Assembly: GCA_031963045.1 (NCBI GenBank)
Contig: JASSUK010000042.1
Location: forward strand, 1,030 to 65,029
Direction of reading: 5' to 3'
DNA from: Mycoavidus cysteinexigens
GTDB lineage: Bacteria; Pseudomonadota; Gammaproteobacteria; Burkholderiales; Burkholderiaceae
Length of the DNA stretch: 64,000 nucleotides
Below are positions 56,116 to 64,000 of this stretch, one piece after another. The notes beneath the pieces are model-generated. The model saw only the letters and a program-made list of their open reading frames with translations, had not been told where the DNA came from and searched no databases. Position numbers and translations under genes: made by a program. Each line of letters opens with the position of its first letter. Positions within the stretch are counted from its first letter, which is position 1.

Positions 56116-56616
56116 ATGGCTATGAAAGATCGTCGTGAAAAAACTTTTAAAATTCTGGTCGATGCGCGTGAGAGGCAGATTAAAGCACTAGAAACACAGC
56201 TTGCATCCTTGCGTTCTCAATATGCCGAACTTCAACAAGCCACTGGGCAGAAAAAAGAAGCACTTGCTAAACAAATGCAAGAAGAGGCTGAGCGTAATGA
56301 TCAAATGCAATCCATGATGACTGGCGGAGGTACTTTTAAGGTGAATGAACTTTACACGCTTCGCCAATACCAAGGCATAGTAAGTGAGCGGCGTGTGCAG
56401 TTTGAATCTGAATGCGCGCAGGCAGAGCAAGCAGAACAAGCAAAACAAAATGAGATACAAGGCATACAACATCAAATTGCTAAAAACCAAGCGCAACGCG
56501 ATGAATATAAAAAATTATTAACAAAAATAAAAAATAAAGCGTTTAAAACCGCAGAAGATGCACAAGATGAGTCTGCTGAAGAGGCCTTGGTTGCCCAACG
56601 CAGATTCAGTCGCTGA
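56116..56616 (+). CDS. sctO: coiled-coil stalk protein SctO (hrpB7 position)
   Basis: 166 aa, entirely heptad-like and Q/E/K-rich, directly after sctN. Confidence 0.6.
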   Translation: MAMKDRREKTFKILVDARERQIKALETQLASLRSQYAELQQATGQKKEALAKQMQEEAERNDQMQSMMTGGGTFKVNELYTLRQYQGIVSERRVQFESECAQAEQAEQAKQNEIQGIQHQIAKNQAQRDEYKKLLTKIKNKAFKTAEDAQDESAEEALVAQRRFSR

Positions 56617-56693
56617 GGACTTTGCTTATGGTAGTTACAAGCAGATTTTCAGGAGGTATTGGTAAAGAGGCTAGGCATAACAATAAGTAGAGG

Positions 56694-57533
56694 GTGGTAG
56701 TGGACAGTATACAAAATATGATGAATTTGCATGAATCATTCAGCAATTTCATTTTAACTATGGCGCTATGCAGCCTGCGCATTGGGATTGCTTTTCTCAT
56801 TATTCCCGTGATGGGCGAGCAAGTAGTTCAGGGACTCAATCGCACGGTTATCAGTATGTTGCTGGCGAGTTTCGTGGCTTATGGTCAATCTATTGGCGCG
56901 CTTCAACTAACGCCCATAATGGTCATATCCATTATGGCTAAAGAAGCCATTTTGGGACTTATCTTTGGTTTTTGCGCATCTACGGTATTTTGGGTTGCAG
57001 CCAATGTGGGCTTTCTTATCGATGACTTATCTGGTTTTAATAATGTGCAGGTGAGTAACCCAATGCGTAGCGACACGAGTACGCCTACTTCCTCTTTGTT
57101 ATCCCAGCTTGCAATTACGGCATTTTGGGTGCTAGGTGGCATGATGTTTTTGCTGGGAGCGCTCTATCAGTCTTTTCAATGGTGGCCGATTTTAAGCATA
57201 CAGCCCGAGGGGCTACCTATACTTGAATCCTTTGTGCTGAGCTATACAGACTCCCTTATGGAAATGACTGCAAAGTTAGCTGCACCGATGATGCTGATTT
57301 TGGTTATGGTCGATTTTTCTTTTGGTTTTTTGGCTAAAGGTGCAGAGAAAATTGATACGATGTCTTTAAGTATGCCCGTAAAAGGCGCTATGACCTTATT
57401 ATTATTAGCTATTTTTATCACCATTTTTATTAGCCAAGTCCGATCACAGCTTTCATTGCAAGGCATAGCAGGAACAATTCATTCCTTGCGCCCAGAAAAT
57501 AAAGAAGAGGCAAAAAGCACCAATAAGCACTAA
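56694..57533 (+). CDS. sctT: T3SS export apparatus protein SctT (HrcT/FliR family)
   Basis: Polytopic membrane protein with the LRIGIAFLIIPVMG N-terminal block typical of the FliR family. The GTG start at 56694 or ATG at 56718 are both possible. Confidence 0.9.
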   Translation: MVVDSIQNMMNLHESFSNFILTMALCSLRIGIAFLIIPVMGEQVVQGLNRTVISMLLASFVAYGQSIGALQLTPIMVISIMAKEAILGLIFGFCASTVFWVAANVGFLIDDLSGFNNVQVSNPMRSDTSTPTSSLLSQLAITAFWVLGGMMFLLGALYQSFQWWPILSIQPEGLPILESFVLSYTDSLMEMTAKLAAPMMLILVMVDFSFGFLAKGAEKIDTMSLSMPVKGAMTLLLLAIFITIFISQVRSQLSLQGIAGTIHSLRPENKEEAKSTNKH

Positions 57534-57984
57534 TAAGCACGTATGGTTTTTCGTGATACTTATCTATATACCTTGTGTTTTATCGCCCCATCTATATGGG
57601 TGGGGCGATAAAAATCCCACAGTCAGCCTATTTTTCCTCGCTACCCCATCAAATTACAGCGATTTCCTTTCATTGGACGTTATCTCTCACGGTAATGCAA
57701 TGTAAATGGCTTTGTTGCGGGCTACTCAGATTTTTACATACTGGTAAAAAAATGAGAATTCTTGAAAGCATTGCCCAGATATTTTGAGTGTTTATATCTA
57801 TCTCCATCATCCTACTATTTCGTCGGCTTGATAAATCCTTTCCTGGGCTTCTTTCTGGGTTTTTTCTCTGGAACGACACAGATCGGTATGGGCCCGTATT
57901 TTTATTTTTTTTGAAGACCTGTTTTGAACCTGTTCTCAAGCAGGAGACAAACGGTCGTTATTTGATGGGGATGGTTTAGTAAAA

Positions 57985-59811
57985 ATGAAATTTTTGGGTA
58001 CCATCTGGTCTGCTATTGGCCTGAGTCTCGCGATATTTGTAGCAGGAATATGTCCTGCGCAAGCAGCAACTGTTCCATGGAAAAAAGAGAAAATTCACTA
58101 TTCAGTAGAAAGTAAGCCGCTCAAAGATGTATTGCGCGACTTTGCAGCAAGTCAAGGTATTGCAGCTACTATTGCACCGAATGTAGATGGCATGGTGAGT
58201 GGCAAATTTAATATGTCTCCTCAGGCTTTTTTGAGTGCACTCTCTTCTACTTTTGGATTTACTTGGTTTTATGACGGTACTTTGCTAGATATTTCTGCGG
58301 CAAGTGACGTTAAAAGCACGCTGATTTCAATGCAATACGGCAGCATGGAAGATCTGCGTAGCGCGCTTGATCGCATAGGATTATCGGATAAACGCTTTCC
58401 TATTGTGTATGACGATGTACAGCATACTGCGATGGTAAGTGGTCCAGCTCATTACGTACAGCTGGTATCTAATGTAGCGCAAAATGTAGATGGCAATGCA
58501 GGTAAAGATGCAGGCACACAAGTTCGTATTTTTAAGCTTCGCCACTCTTCAGCAACGGATCGCATCGTAACCGTAGGTGGCAATACCGTGAATGTGCCAG
58601 GTGTAGCCAGTGTATTGCAGAGCTTATTTAGCAACTCACGAAGTTCTGCACAAACTTTACTATCACCCAGCATCGTAAGAGCGAATTCAATGCTCGATGT
58701 AGACGGGCGCATACCTAATGGCTCTGTGAGTTTTGGCAATGGAGGTTTACTTCCTCCATTGCCTCCTGGTTATGCAGCAGGAGGCAACTTGGGTAGTGTT
58801 CCTGTCAATGACCAAGTAAACCAGTTATTTCCAGGCACGCCATCCCTCCCGGGCATGGGTGCAGTAGGCGGTATGGCAGGCACTCCCATGGGGCCAACCG
58901 GTCGTGTAGTAACTAACCCAACAGATAGTCTATTACCTGTAATTAAGGCCGATGCGCGGACCAATTCCATTTTGGTACGTGATGTACCCTCGCGTATGAG
59001 TCAGTACAAGCCACTCATTGATGAACTCGACGTTAAACCGCGTTTAATTGAAATCCAAGCTACGATGATTGAGATCGACAGTGGCGCATTAGACCAAATT
59101 GGTGTGGATTGGCGTGCGCACAATAGCCATGGCGATATCCAAACGGGTGATGGAAATAGACAGCAAAATGCATATAACGGCAATATAGATCCTAAATTTG
59201 GGACAGTGCCTAGTACAGGTGCTGTTCTTCCAGGAGGGGCCCTTTTAGCCACTCCAGCAGGGATTTCGATGACGGCTGTGTTAGGCGATGCAGGCCGATA
59301 TCTCATGGCAAGAGTCAATGCGCTTACACAAACCAATCAAGCACGCATTGAAGCAAGCCCCAAAGTTACGACGCTAGACAATATAGAAGCCGTAATGGAC
59401 AACTCGCAGCAAATGTTTGTACCTGTAACTGGCTATGCAGGTGGTAATCTATACAATATTTCAACAGGCATTTCGCTGCGTGTATTGCCTATGGTGGTTG
59501 AAGAAGAGGGCGCCACGCAGATCAAGCTTGAAGTTAATATTGAAAACGGCCAATTTGCGCCATCCGTAAATCAAACGCCAGGTGCCATTCCGATGGTCGA
59601 CACCAGCCAGATCAAAACACAAGCCTTTATCACGCAAGGCCAAAGTTTGTTGATTGCTGGTTACCAAAAGAAACACGATACAAAAGGCGTATCAGGCATT
59701 CCTCTTCTCTCCAAAATCCCATTTTTGGGCGCATTATTTCGCTATAAAAACGACACAAATTCACGGAAAGAACAACTTTTCTTGCTCTCTCCACGTGTGA
59801 TTGATCTATAA
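57985..59811 (+). CDS. sctC: T3SS outer-membrane secretin SctC (HrcC)
   Basis: Signal peptide MKFLGTIWSAIGLSLAIFVAGICPAQA. C-terminal secretin block (LLIAGYQKKHDTKGVSGIPLLSKIPFLGALFRYK). Confidence 0.92.
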   Translation: MKFLGTIWSAIGLSLAIFVAGICPAQAATVPWKKEKIHYSVESKPLKDVLRDFAASQGIAATIAPNVDGMVSGKFNMSPQAFLSALSSTFGFTWFYDGTLLDISAASDVKSTLISMQYGSMEDLRSALDRIGLSDKRFPIVYDDVQHTAMVSGPAHYVQLVSNVAQNVDGNAGKDAGTQVRIFKLRHSSATDRIVTVGGNTVNVPGVASVLQSLFSNSRSSAQTLLSPSIVRANSMLDVDGRIPNGSVSFGNGGLLPPLPPGYAAGGNLGSVPVNDQVNQLFPGTPSLPGMGAVGGMAGTPMGPTGRVVTNPTDSLLPVIKADARTNSILVRDVPSRMSQYKPLIDELDVKPRLIEIQATMIEIDSGALDQIGVDWRAHNSHGDIQTGDGNRQQNAYNGNIDPKFGTVPSTGAVLPGGALLATPAGISMTAVLGDAGRYLMARVNALTQTNQARIEASPKVTTLDNIEAVMDNSQQMFVPVTGYAGGNLYNISTGISLRVLPMVVEEEGATQIKLEVNIENGQFAPSVNQTPGAIPMVDTSQIKTQAFITQGQSLLIAGYQKKHDTKGVSGIPLLSKIPFLGALFRYKNDTNSRKEQLFLLSPRVIDL

Positions 59812-59920
59812 AAGAATGGTAGTTTGGAGGGAAGTATGAACCCAAACTATTAACGCTAGTTTTTATCTGCAAGTGATGTAAAAATAAAAAAAATTCAACA
59901 AAAAATGCTTTAAATAAAAA

Positions 59921-59964
59921 AGCGCCTTCTTGGACTATGCTATTTCCAAGAAGGCGCTTTTTTT
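59921..59964. terminator. bidirectional Rho-independent terminator after sctC
   Basis: AGCGCCTTCTTGG / CCAAGAAGGCGCT 13-bp stem, with an A-run upstream and a T6-7 run downstream. Confidence 0.8.
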
Positions 59965-60033
59965 ATGACGGTAGGGAGCCTCCTATTGCCCGAGAGTCAT
60001 CAACAGGCCAATAAAAAAGCCGCAAGACGCTAT

Positions 60034-60537
60034 GGAAACACTGATTTAATCGAGACTTTTTTAGAGGAGTCTGCGCTTCGCAATCTGGATATTGGCCAAC
60101 GCAAAAAAAGCAAATAATTGCGCGGTATCCTTGGCTAAGCCACGGTAACGCACCTTTTTGTGGCGAAACAGGTTCTTGATAATGTGGAATGGGTGCTCGA
60201 CCCGCACCAGAATCTGCGCCTTGACGTGCTTGAGTTGCCGAACCAGTTTAGGCAGCAAGTCACCTTTAAGTCGCTTCAGGGAGCTTGGACGCACGACCGC
60301 GCAGGCCCTTGGGATAGAACTGGTCGAGTGCTGTAAGCAGGCGGGGCCATGGGATCAGCCTATTCATCTCGGCAAGGAATTTCTCGCGGCGGGTAATCTT
60401 CTTACCGGCATATTCAGCACGGGCAAATGAAATCTGTTTCATCGCATTCTTAGTAGCGGGAAGGGGGAATCATAGGAAAATCGTAGCAGCGTCACGCAGC
60501 GTTGTCGAATGGATTCCGCGATTAAATCAGCGTTTCC
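60034..60537 (-). mobile_element. internally deleted IS5-family element (about 0.5 kb)
   Basis: 19-bp terminal inverted repeats GGAAACACTGATTTAATCG (60034-60052) and CGATTAAATCAGCGTTTCC (60519-60537), with one mismatch. They enclose fused N- and C-terminal transposase pieces. Confidence 0.8.
60061..60442 (-). pseudogene. IS5-family transposase remnant: N-terminal about 50 aa joined out of frame to the C-terminal about 75 aa, DDE core deleted
   Basis: MKQISFARAEYAGKKITRREKFLAEMNRLIPWPRLL...YPKG (from ATG 60442) and ...VRVEHPFHIIKNLFRHKKVRYRGLAKDTAQLFAFFALANIQIAKRRLL are both typical IS5 blocks. Confidence 0.75.
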
Positions 60538-60549
60538 TTAAGTAAATTT

Positions 60550-61638
60550 TCAGAAAAGAAATTTAATAATTTTACCTTTTCTATTTTTTATCTCAGGGCA
60601 ATTAAATTGATTTTCAGATAAACCATTCCCGCTTAAATTAACTCCCTCAAGTGTTAAGTCATATTCTGGATAATTTTTTGCGTATCCTGATAATATTTTG
60701 AAAAAATTATCTACTCCTTCTTTAGTAATATTATTATTACGATCCAAAAGTAAGTATGTCAGCCCTTTAGGTAATGCCTTAGCTATATGCTCTAAGCCCG
60801 CATTGCCAATTTGATTGTTACCTATTATTAAGTAATTAACGGTCATTGTTTTAAGATATGGGGCTAGCCCTTCTGCACCCATTTCTCCAATTTGATTTTC
60901 GGAAAATATGAGTCTCTCGAAAAAATTATTTGCGAGAGCTTCTCCAAGACTAGTAATGCATGAGCGCATATCAAATCTTTGACAACTTAGTATTATTCGA
61001 GATACTTCTCTATTATTTGATGTTATTAATTTTATTTTATTAAATAAATCATTAATAAAATTTTCTCTGTATTCTGCCTCAGCATACAGTCTATGTATTT
61101 GTAGCTGCAATATTCTTATATCTTTTTTACGTGCTATTTCATCAAGTGCTATCAAGGTATTTTCACATTTCCCAGGGCCATATGGTTGAATAAGTAAATT
61201 CATGCACTGCATTTCATTCAGTAATGATTTTTTAATAGCCTCCCGAATTTTATCTTCTTTTAAAGAATCTGTACCAAATTCTCTCGTTTCTATCATCTGA
61301 AATTCCACCATGGAATTTATAAGTTGACTTTTTATTTGTTCTTCTGTTATCTTCTTTTTCATGACAGGGGCATGATCTATAAAATATTTAATATTATTGT
61401 GAAGTGATTTATTTGCAAAGCTGATTGGGCGTAGTTGTTTTATCGCTTCTTCGTAAAAACAGGGGTATGCAATATAATTGCAAATTATATTTAGTATTTC
61501 TGTTGGGAGATTGGTTAGTGAGGCGAGCTTATTTTTATAATACCCATCTTCAATCATTAATCCATGTCCTACATTTTCCTCGTTAACATTAAATTGTGAT
61601 GATATTTTATTATTTGATGTAATGCTGTGAGTATTCAT
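60550..61638 (-). CDS. F-box-like plus leucine-rich-repeat (RNI-type) protein; eukaryote-like effector candidate
   Basis: LPTEILNIICNYIAYP...LRPISFANKSLHNNI fits the F-box pattern (LPxEIL..I...L....L..vnK.w). C-terminal 28-aa RNI-like LRRs (NQIGEMGAEGLAPYLK..., NQIGNAGLEHIAKALPKGLTYLLLDRNNNITKEGV). Very AT-rich. Confidence 0.75.
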   Translation of the reverse strand: MNTHSITSNNKISSQFNVNEENVGHGLMIEDGYYKNKLASLTNLPTEILNIICNYIAYPCFYEEAIKQLRPISFANKSLHNNIKYFIDHAPVMKKKITEEQIKSQLINSMVEFQMIETREFGTDSLKEDKIREAIKKSLLNEMQCMNLLIQPYGPGKCENTLIALDEIARKKDIRILQLQIHRLYAEAEYRENFINDLFNKIKLITSNNREVSRIILSCQRFDMRSCITSLGEALANNFFERLIFSENQIGEMGAEGLAPYLKTMTVNYLIIGNNQIGNAGLEHIAKALPKGLTYLLLDRNNNITKEGVDNFFKILSGYAKNYPEYDLTLEGVNLSGNGLSENQFNCPEIKNRKGKIIKFLF

Positions 61639-62637
61639 GATTGGTGTGCCTGTATTATTAATGTTGTAAGATAATTTTTAACTAAGAAAATTGCCTTGCT
61701 TATGACCTTTCTCTCCTCCATGCACTAGAGATAATTTGGCATAAGTCATCAACAAGAAATCAACTGTTATTGTCTGCTTGTTTAAATAAAAATTAGGTAC
61801 TAGGTAGTACTCTCCTTCAAAAGATCAATAATCCGGTAATACAACCGATGAGAAAAGCTACGTAGAATATTAATAATTATTAGAAGTATCTTTTTAGTAA
61901 GCTCATCCCTCCAAGGAAGCATAAACTACTTAAAAAGACAGAAAAGCGCGCACGGCGACATCATGAAACGTCATATTCTCAACATATTTTTACTTGGCAT
62001 GCTGCTTTTAGGCTATGTCATGGTAGCTAATACTGTTTTTGGATGGGCGGTAACCTGAAGGAATGTTTGGCCCAGTGCCAATCGCTTCCTCCATATCTGA
62101 GCGTCGCATATCTCCATTCGGTGTTTGAAGATGTTGATTCGCAGCAGCCTGGTTATCAAAGTTTGTATGACGACCCGCAGCTAAATTGATATATTAAAGT
62201 GCTGCTTGAAAGCCAGTCAACTCCTCACCCGGCGAATAATGGCTTGTATTGGTTAAGGCTGTGAGGCGTGCCGCTGCCTGTCCTACTCTCGGGTTCATGC
62301 CATAGGACTGATAGCGCTTTTCTAGTTTAGCCGCTTCCTAGATGTGCGATTTACAAAGTCACTGAGCTCAAATGCCACAGGACGCGTCTCAACAGGATCT
62401 AACTCGGCAATGCAGCGTTCCGAGACTTGGTCATTTGAATGAACGGAAGCTGCTGGGGATCTAGAAGAAGGTGGTGCAGTACTTATCGGGGATGCCCTAA
62501 AAAATCTCTCAGAGAAATGGAATCACACAGAAGTTGGTGATGTGCTACGAAGTCGCGCAAGGTGGCTTCGGCCACGCCCTAAAATTAACTACATTTTTCG
62601 TTGGTTTCTTGTGGAAAATAGAGTCAACGTGAGCCAT

Positions 62638-62669
62638 AAAAAAACCCGAAAGCCTTATGGCTACTCGGG
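62638..62669 (-). terminator. Rho-independent terminator downstream of tRNA-Arg
   Basis: On the minus strand: CCCGAGUAGCC-AUAA-GGCUUUCGGG followed by U7. Confidence 0.7.
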
Positions 62670-62705
62670 TTTTCTGTAAAATTGGGTAGTGCTGTGTAGT
62701 ATAAC

Positions 62706-62782
62706 TGGCCTGCCAAGAGGGATTCGAACCCCCGACCACCGGCTTAGAAGGCCGGTGCTCTATCCAACTGAGCTATTGGCAG
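62706..62782 (-). tRNA. tRNA-Arg (anticodon TCT), CCA encoded
   Basis: Hand-folded cloverleaf. Acceptor CTGCCAA/TTGGCAG, D-arm GCTC-AGTTGGATA-GAGC, anticodon arm CCGGC-CTTCTAA-GCCGG, T-arm GGGGG-TTCGAAT-CCCTC, discriminator G plus CCA. Confidence 0.9.
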
Positions 62783-62800
62783 AAAAAGAGTAATAATTGT

Positions 62801-62947
62801 ACTAGGGCATGTCCTCAATCGCCCAAAAGGGCCCATCTTTGGGGTCGTGGGGTGCCAGGTATTCACAGTACTTGAGTACATCCGGATCCTGTGCTCCTGC
62901 TCCCCCCAAATAGGAGCCCCTTTGGGACAATTGAGGACACGCCCTAG
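62801..62947. repeat. 147-bp imperfect palindromic element just upstream of tRNA-Arg
   Basis: ACTAGGGCATGTCCTCAATCGCCCAAAAGGGC (62801-62832) pairs with GCCCCTTTGGGACAATTGAGGACACGCCCTAGT (62915-62947), about 31 bp with 3 mismatches. Further internal pairing includes GTACTTGAGTAC. Confidence 0.75.
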
Positions 62948-63138
62948 TTTTTGGTAATTTTTAACGTTTTCAGGGTAAGTGATGCGCTCACTTTTCCGTC
63001 GAAACGGCTTAAAAAATGCAAAGATAGGATTTTAGTACATTTTACCCGCGTAGCGAAAGAAAACTTTTCCTTTTCAGATAAATCGAGCTGTCGTTTGCTA
63101 GTTGGCGGCATAGTACCGCTAAGCGCACGTTGTATTTC

Positions 63139-63945
63139 TCATGCATAGCAGCCGGAATGGGAGGATTCCAATATGGTATTACAATTGGAGTAGGAGCTGG
63201 TTCTCTTCATGGTCCCTACGAAAATAGGCCTTTGAGGAGGGAGGGAGGTGGCCCTTTTTTTACTTTCTACTTCTATTGGTGAACAGGCGTTTGAATAACG
63301 AGGTCTTGATCGGCCTATAGGGGTGTTATTTTGGTTTAGTGCATCCAATAATTCTTGATGCTCTTTCTGTTTTTGGCATAATTTTTGAAACCGATTTTGA
63401 TGCTTTTTTTGGCAGGATTGCAGTGATTTTATTAAATAATCGCCTGCTTTATGATTTTTGAAAAGGTATACGGGGTTTCTCATTGATAAGAAACTTTCTG
63501 TTACAGTCTCTTTCGTTTCTTTATTTTGTCCAGCCATATATATTTTTATAGAAAATTGCACTCTAATAGCAAACAGAAGTATTCCAGTTATCAATAAAAT
63601 GCTGCTGAAAAATAAAGAGATTTCCATAGGCATGGAGCCAGTAAAACCCATCATAGTTAAAGCAAATCCAAATATTGCCTCTAAAACCGATCTGTACAGT
63701 TCATTTGGAGATTCTTCTGACATATCTTTGATGCACTTGGCTTCATTGAAGTTAATTTCTGTTTGAATATTCTCTAAAATAGTATCTATATGCTTTATAT
63801 TTAAAATGCTTCGCTCTATAAAATATTTTAACTCTTCAAATTCTGTAAAATATTTTGATATTTCATCCGGGCTAGGATGCGATATATTTTTAATGCTAAC
63901 CTTTTCAATGTCTTCGATGCGTATTGATTTTTTGTATCCTTGCAT
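63139..63945 (-). CDS. hypothetical membrane protein (268 aa) with a bilobed hydrophobic hairpin
   Basis: LEAIFGFALTMMGFTG-SMPMEIS-LFFSSILLITGILLFAI, flanked by helical soluble regions. AT-rich. Confidence 0.6.
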   Translation of the reverse strand: MQGYKKSIRIEDIEKVSIKNISHPSPDEISKYFTEFEELKYFIERSILNIKHIDTILENIQTEINFNEAKCIKDMSEESPNELYRSVLEAIFGFALTMMGFTGSMPMEISLFFSSILLITGILLFAIRVQFSIKIYMAGQNKETKETVTESFLSMRNPVYLFKNHKAGDYLIKSLQSCQKKHQNRFQKLCQKQKEHQELLDALNQNNTPIGRSRPRYSNACSPIEVESKKRATSLPPQRPIFVGTMKRTSSYSNCNTILESSHSGCYA

Positions 63946-64000
63946 GATTTCTTTTTCAATAGTCTGAGCAAGTTCTTCCCCATAATATTTTATATTATCA

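Noticed and set aside
57819-57843. Possible PIP box upstream of sctC (TTCGT-N15-TTTCC)
   Set aside because: The second half-site does not match TTCGB at either N15 or N16 spacing.
28366-62782. tRNA-Arg-linked genomic island with direct att repeats delimiting the T3SS region
   Set aside because: The two similar segments are in inverted, not direct, orientation. The housekeeping genes ppa and nadE lie between them. No integrase is present.

Overview
Low-GC (about 40% by eye) proteobacterial accessory/virulence region in three blocks. (1) 0.8-34.5 kb is a mosaic of effector-like and eukaryote-like genes. It holds two giant paralogous NACHT-pentapeptide-WD40 STAND (NLR-like) genes, one with a SEFIR/TIR-like N-terminus and an array of near-identical 126-bp WD40 repeats. 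It also holds a HEAT-repeat protein, an AT-rich 892-aa protein with a deaminase-like HxE...PCx5C motif, an NLS-bearing internally duplicated protein, and several proteins with Inc-like bilobed hydrophobic hairpins. These are interleaved with mobile-element debris: an IS256 fragment, an rve-type IS with extra terminal-repeat copies, a group II intron domain V/VI remnant, an IS3 tail, a higB tail, a 147-bp MITE and a gene broken by a 10-bp tandem duplication. (2) 35.1-37.5 kb carries housekeeping ppa and nadE. (3) 37.5-59.9 kb is a complete type III secretion cluster (sctC,D,I,J,K,L,N,O,Q,R,S,T,U,V). Its gene order matches the Xanthomonas/Ralstonia Hrp2 layout (hrpB1-B2-hrcJ-B4-hrcL-hrcN-B7-hrcT-hrcC; hrcU-hrcV-hpaC; hrcQ-R-S-hpaA-hrpD5-D6). 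It has three PIP-box-like promoters (TTCGB-N15-TTCGB with a -10 at 30-32 nt) and a tandem triplet of Gly-rich pilin/harpin-like genes with swapped N-termini. Downstream lie an internally deleted IS5, an F-box/LRR protein and tRNA-Arg(TCT). All functional calls come from motifs and synteny read by eye; no database search was run.
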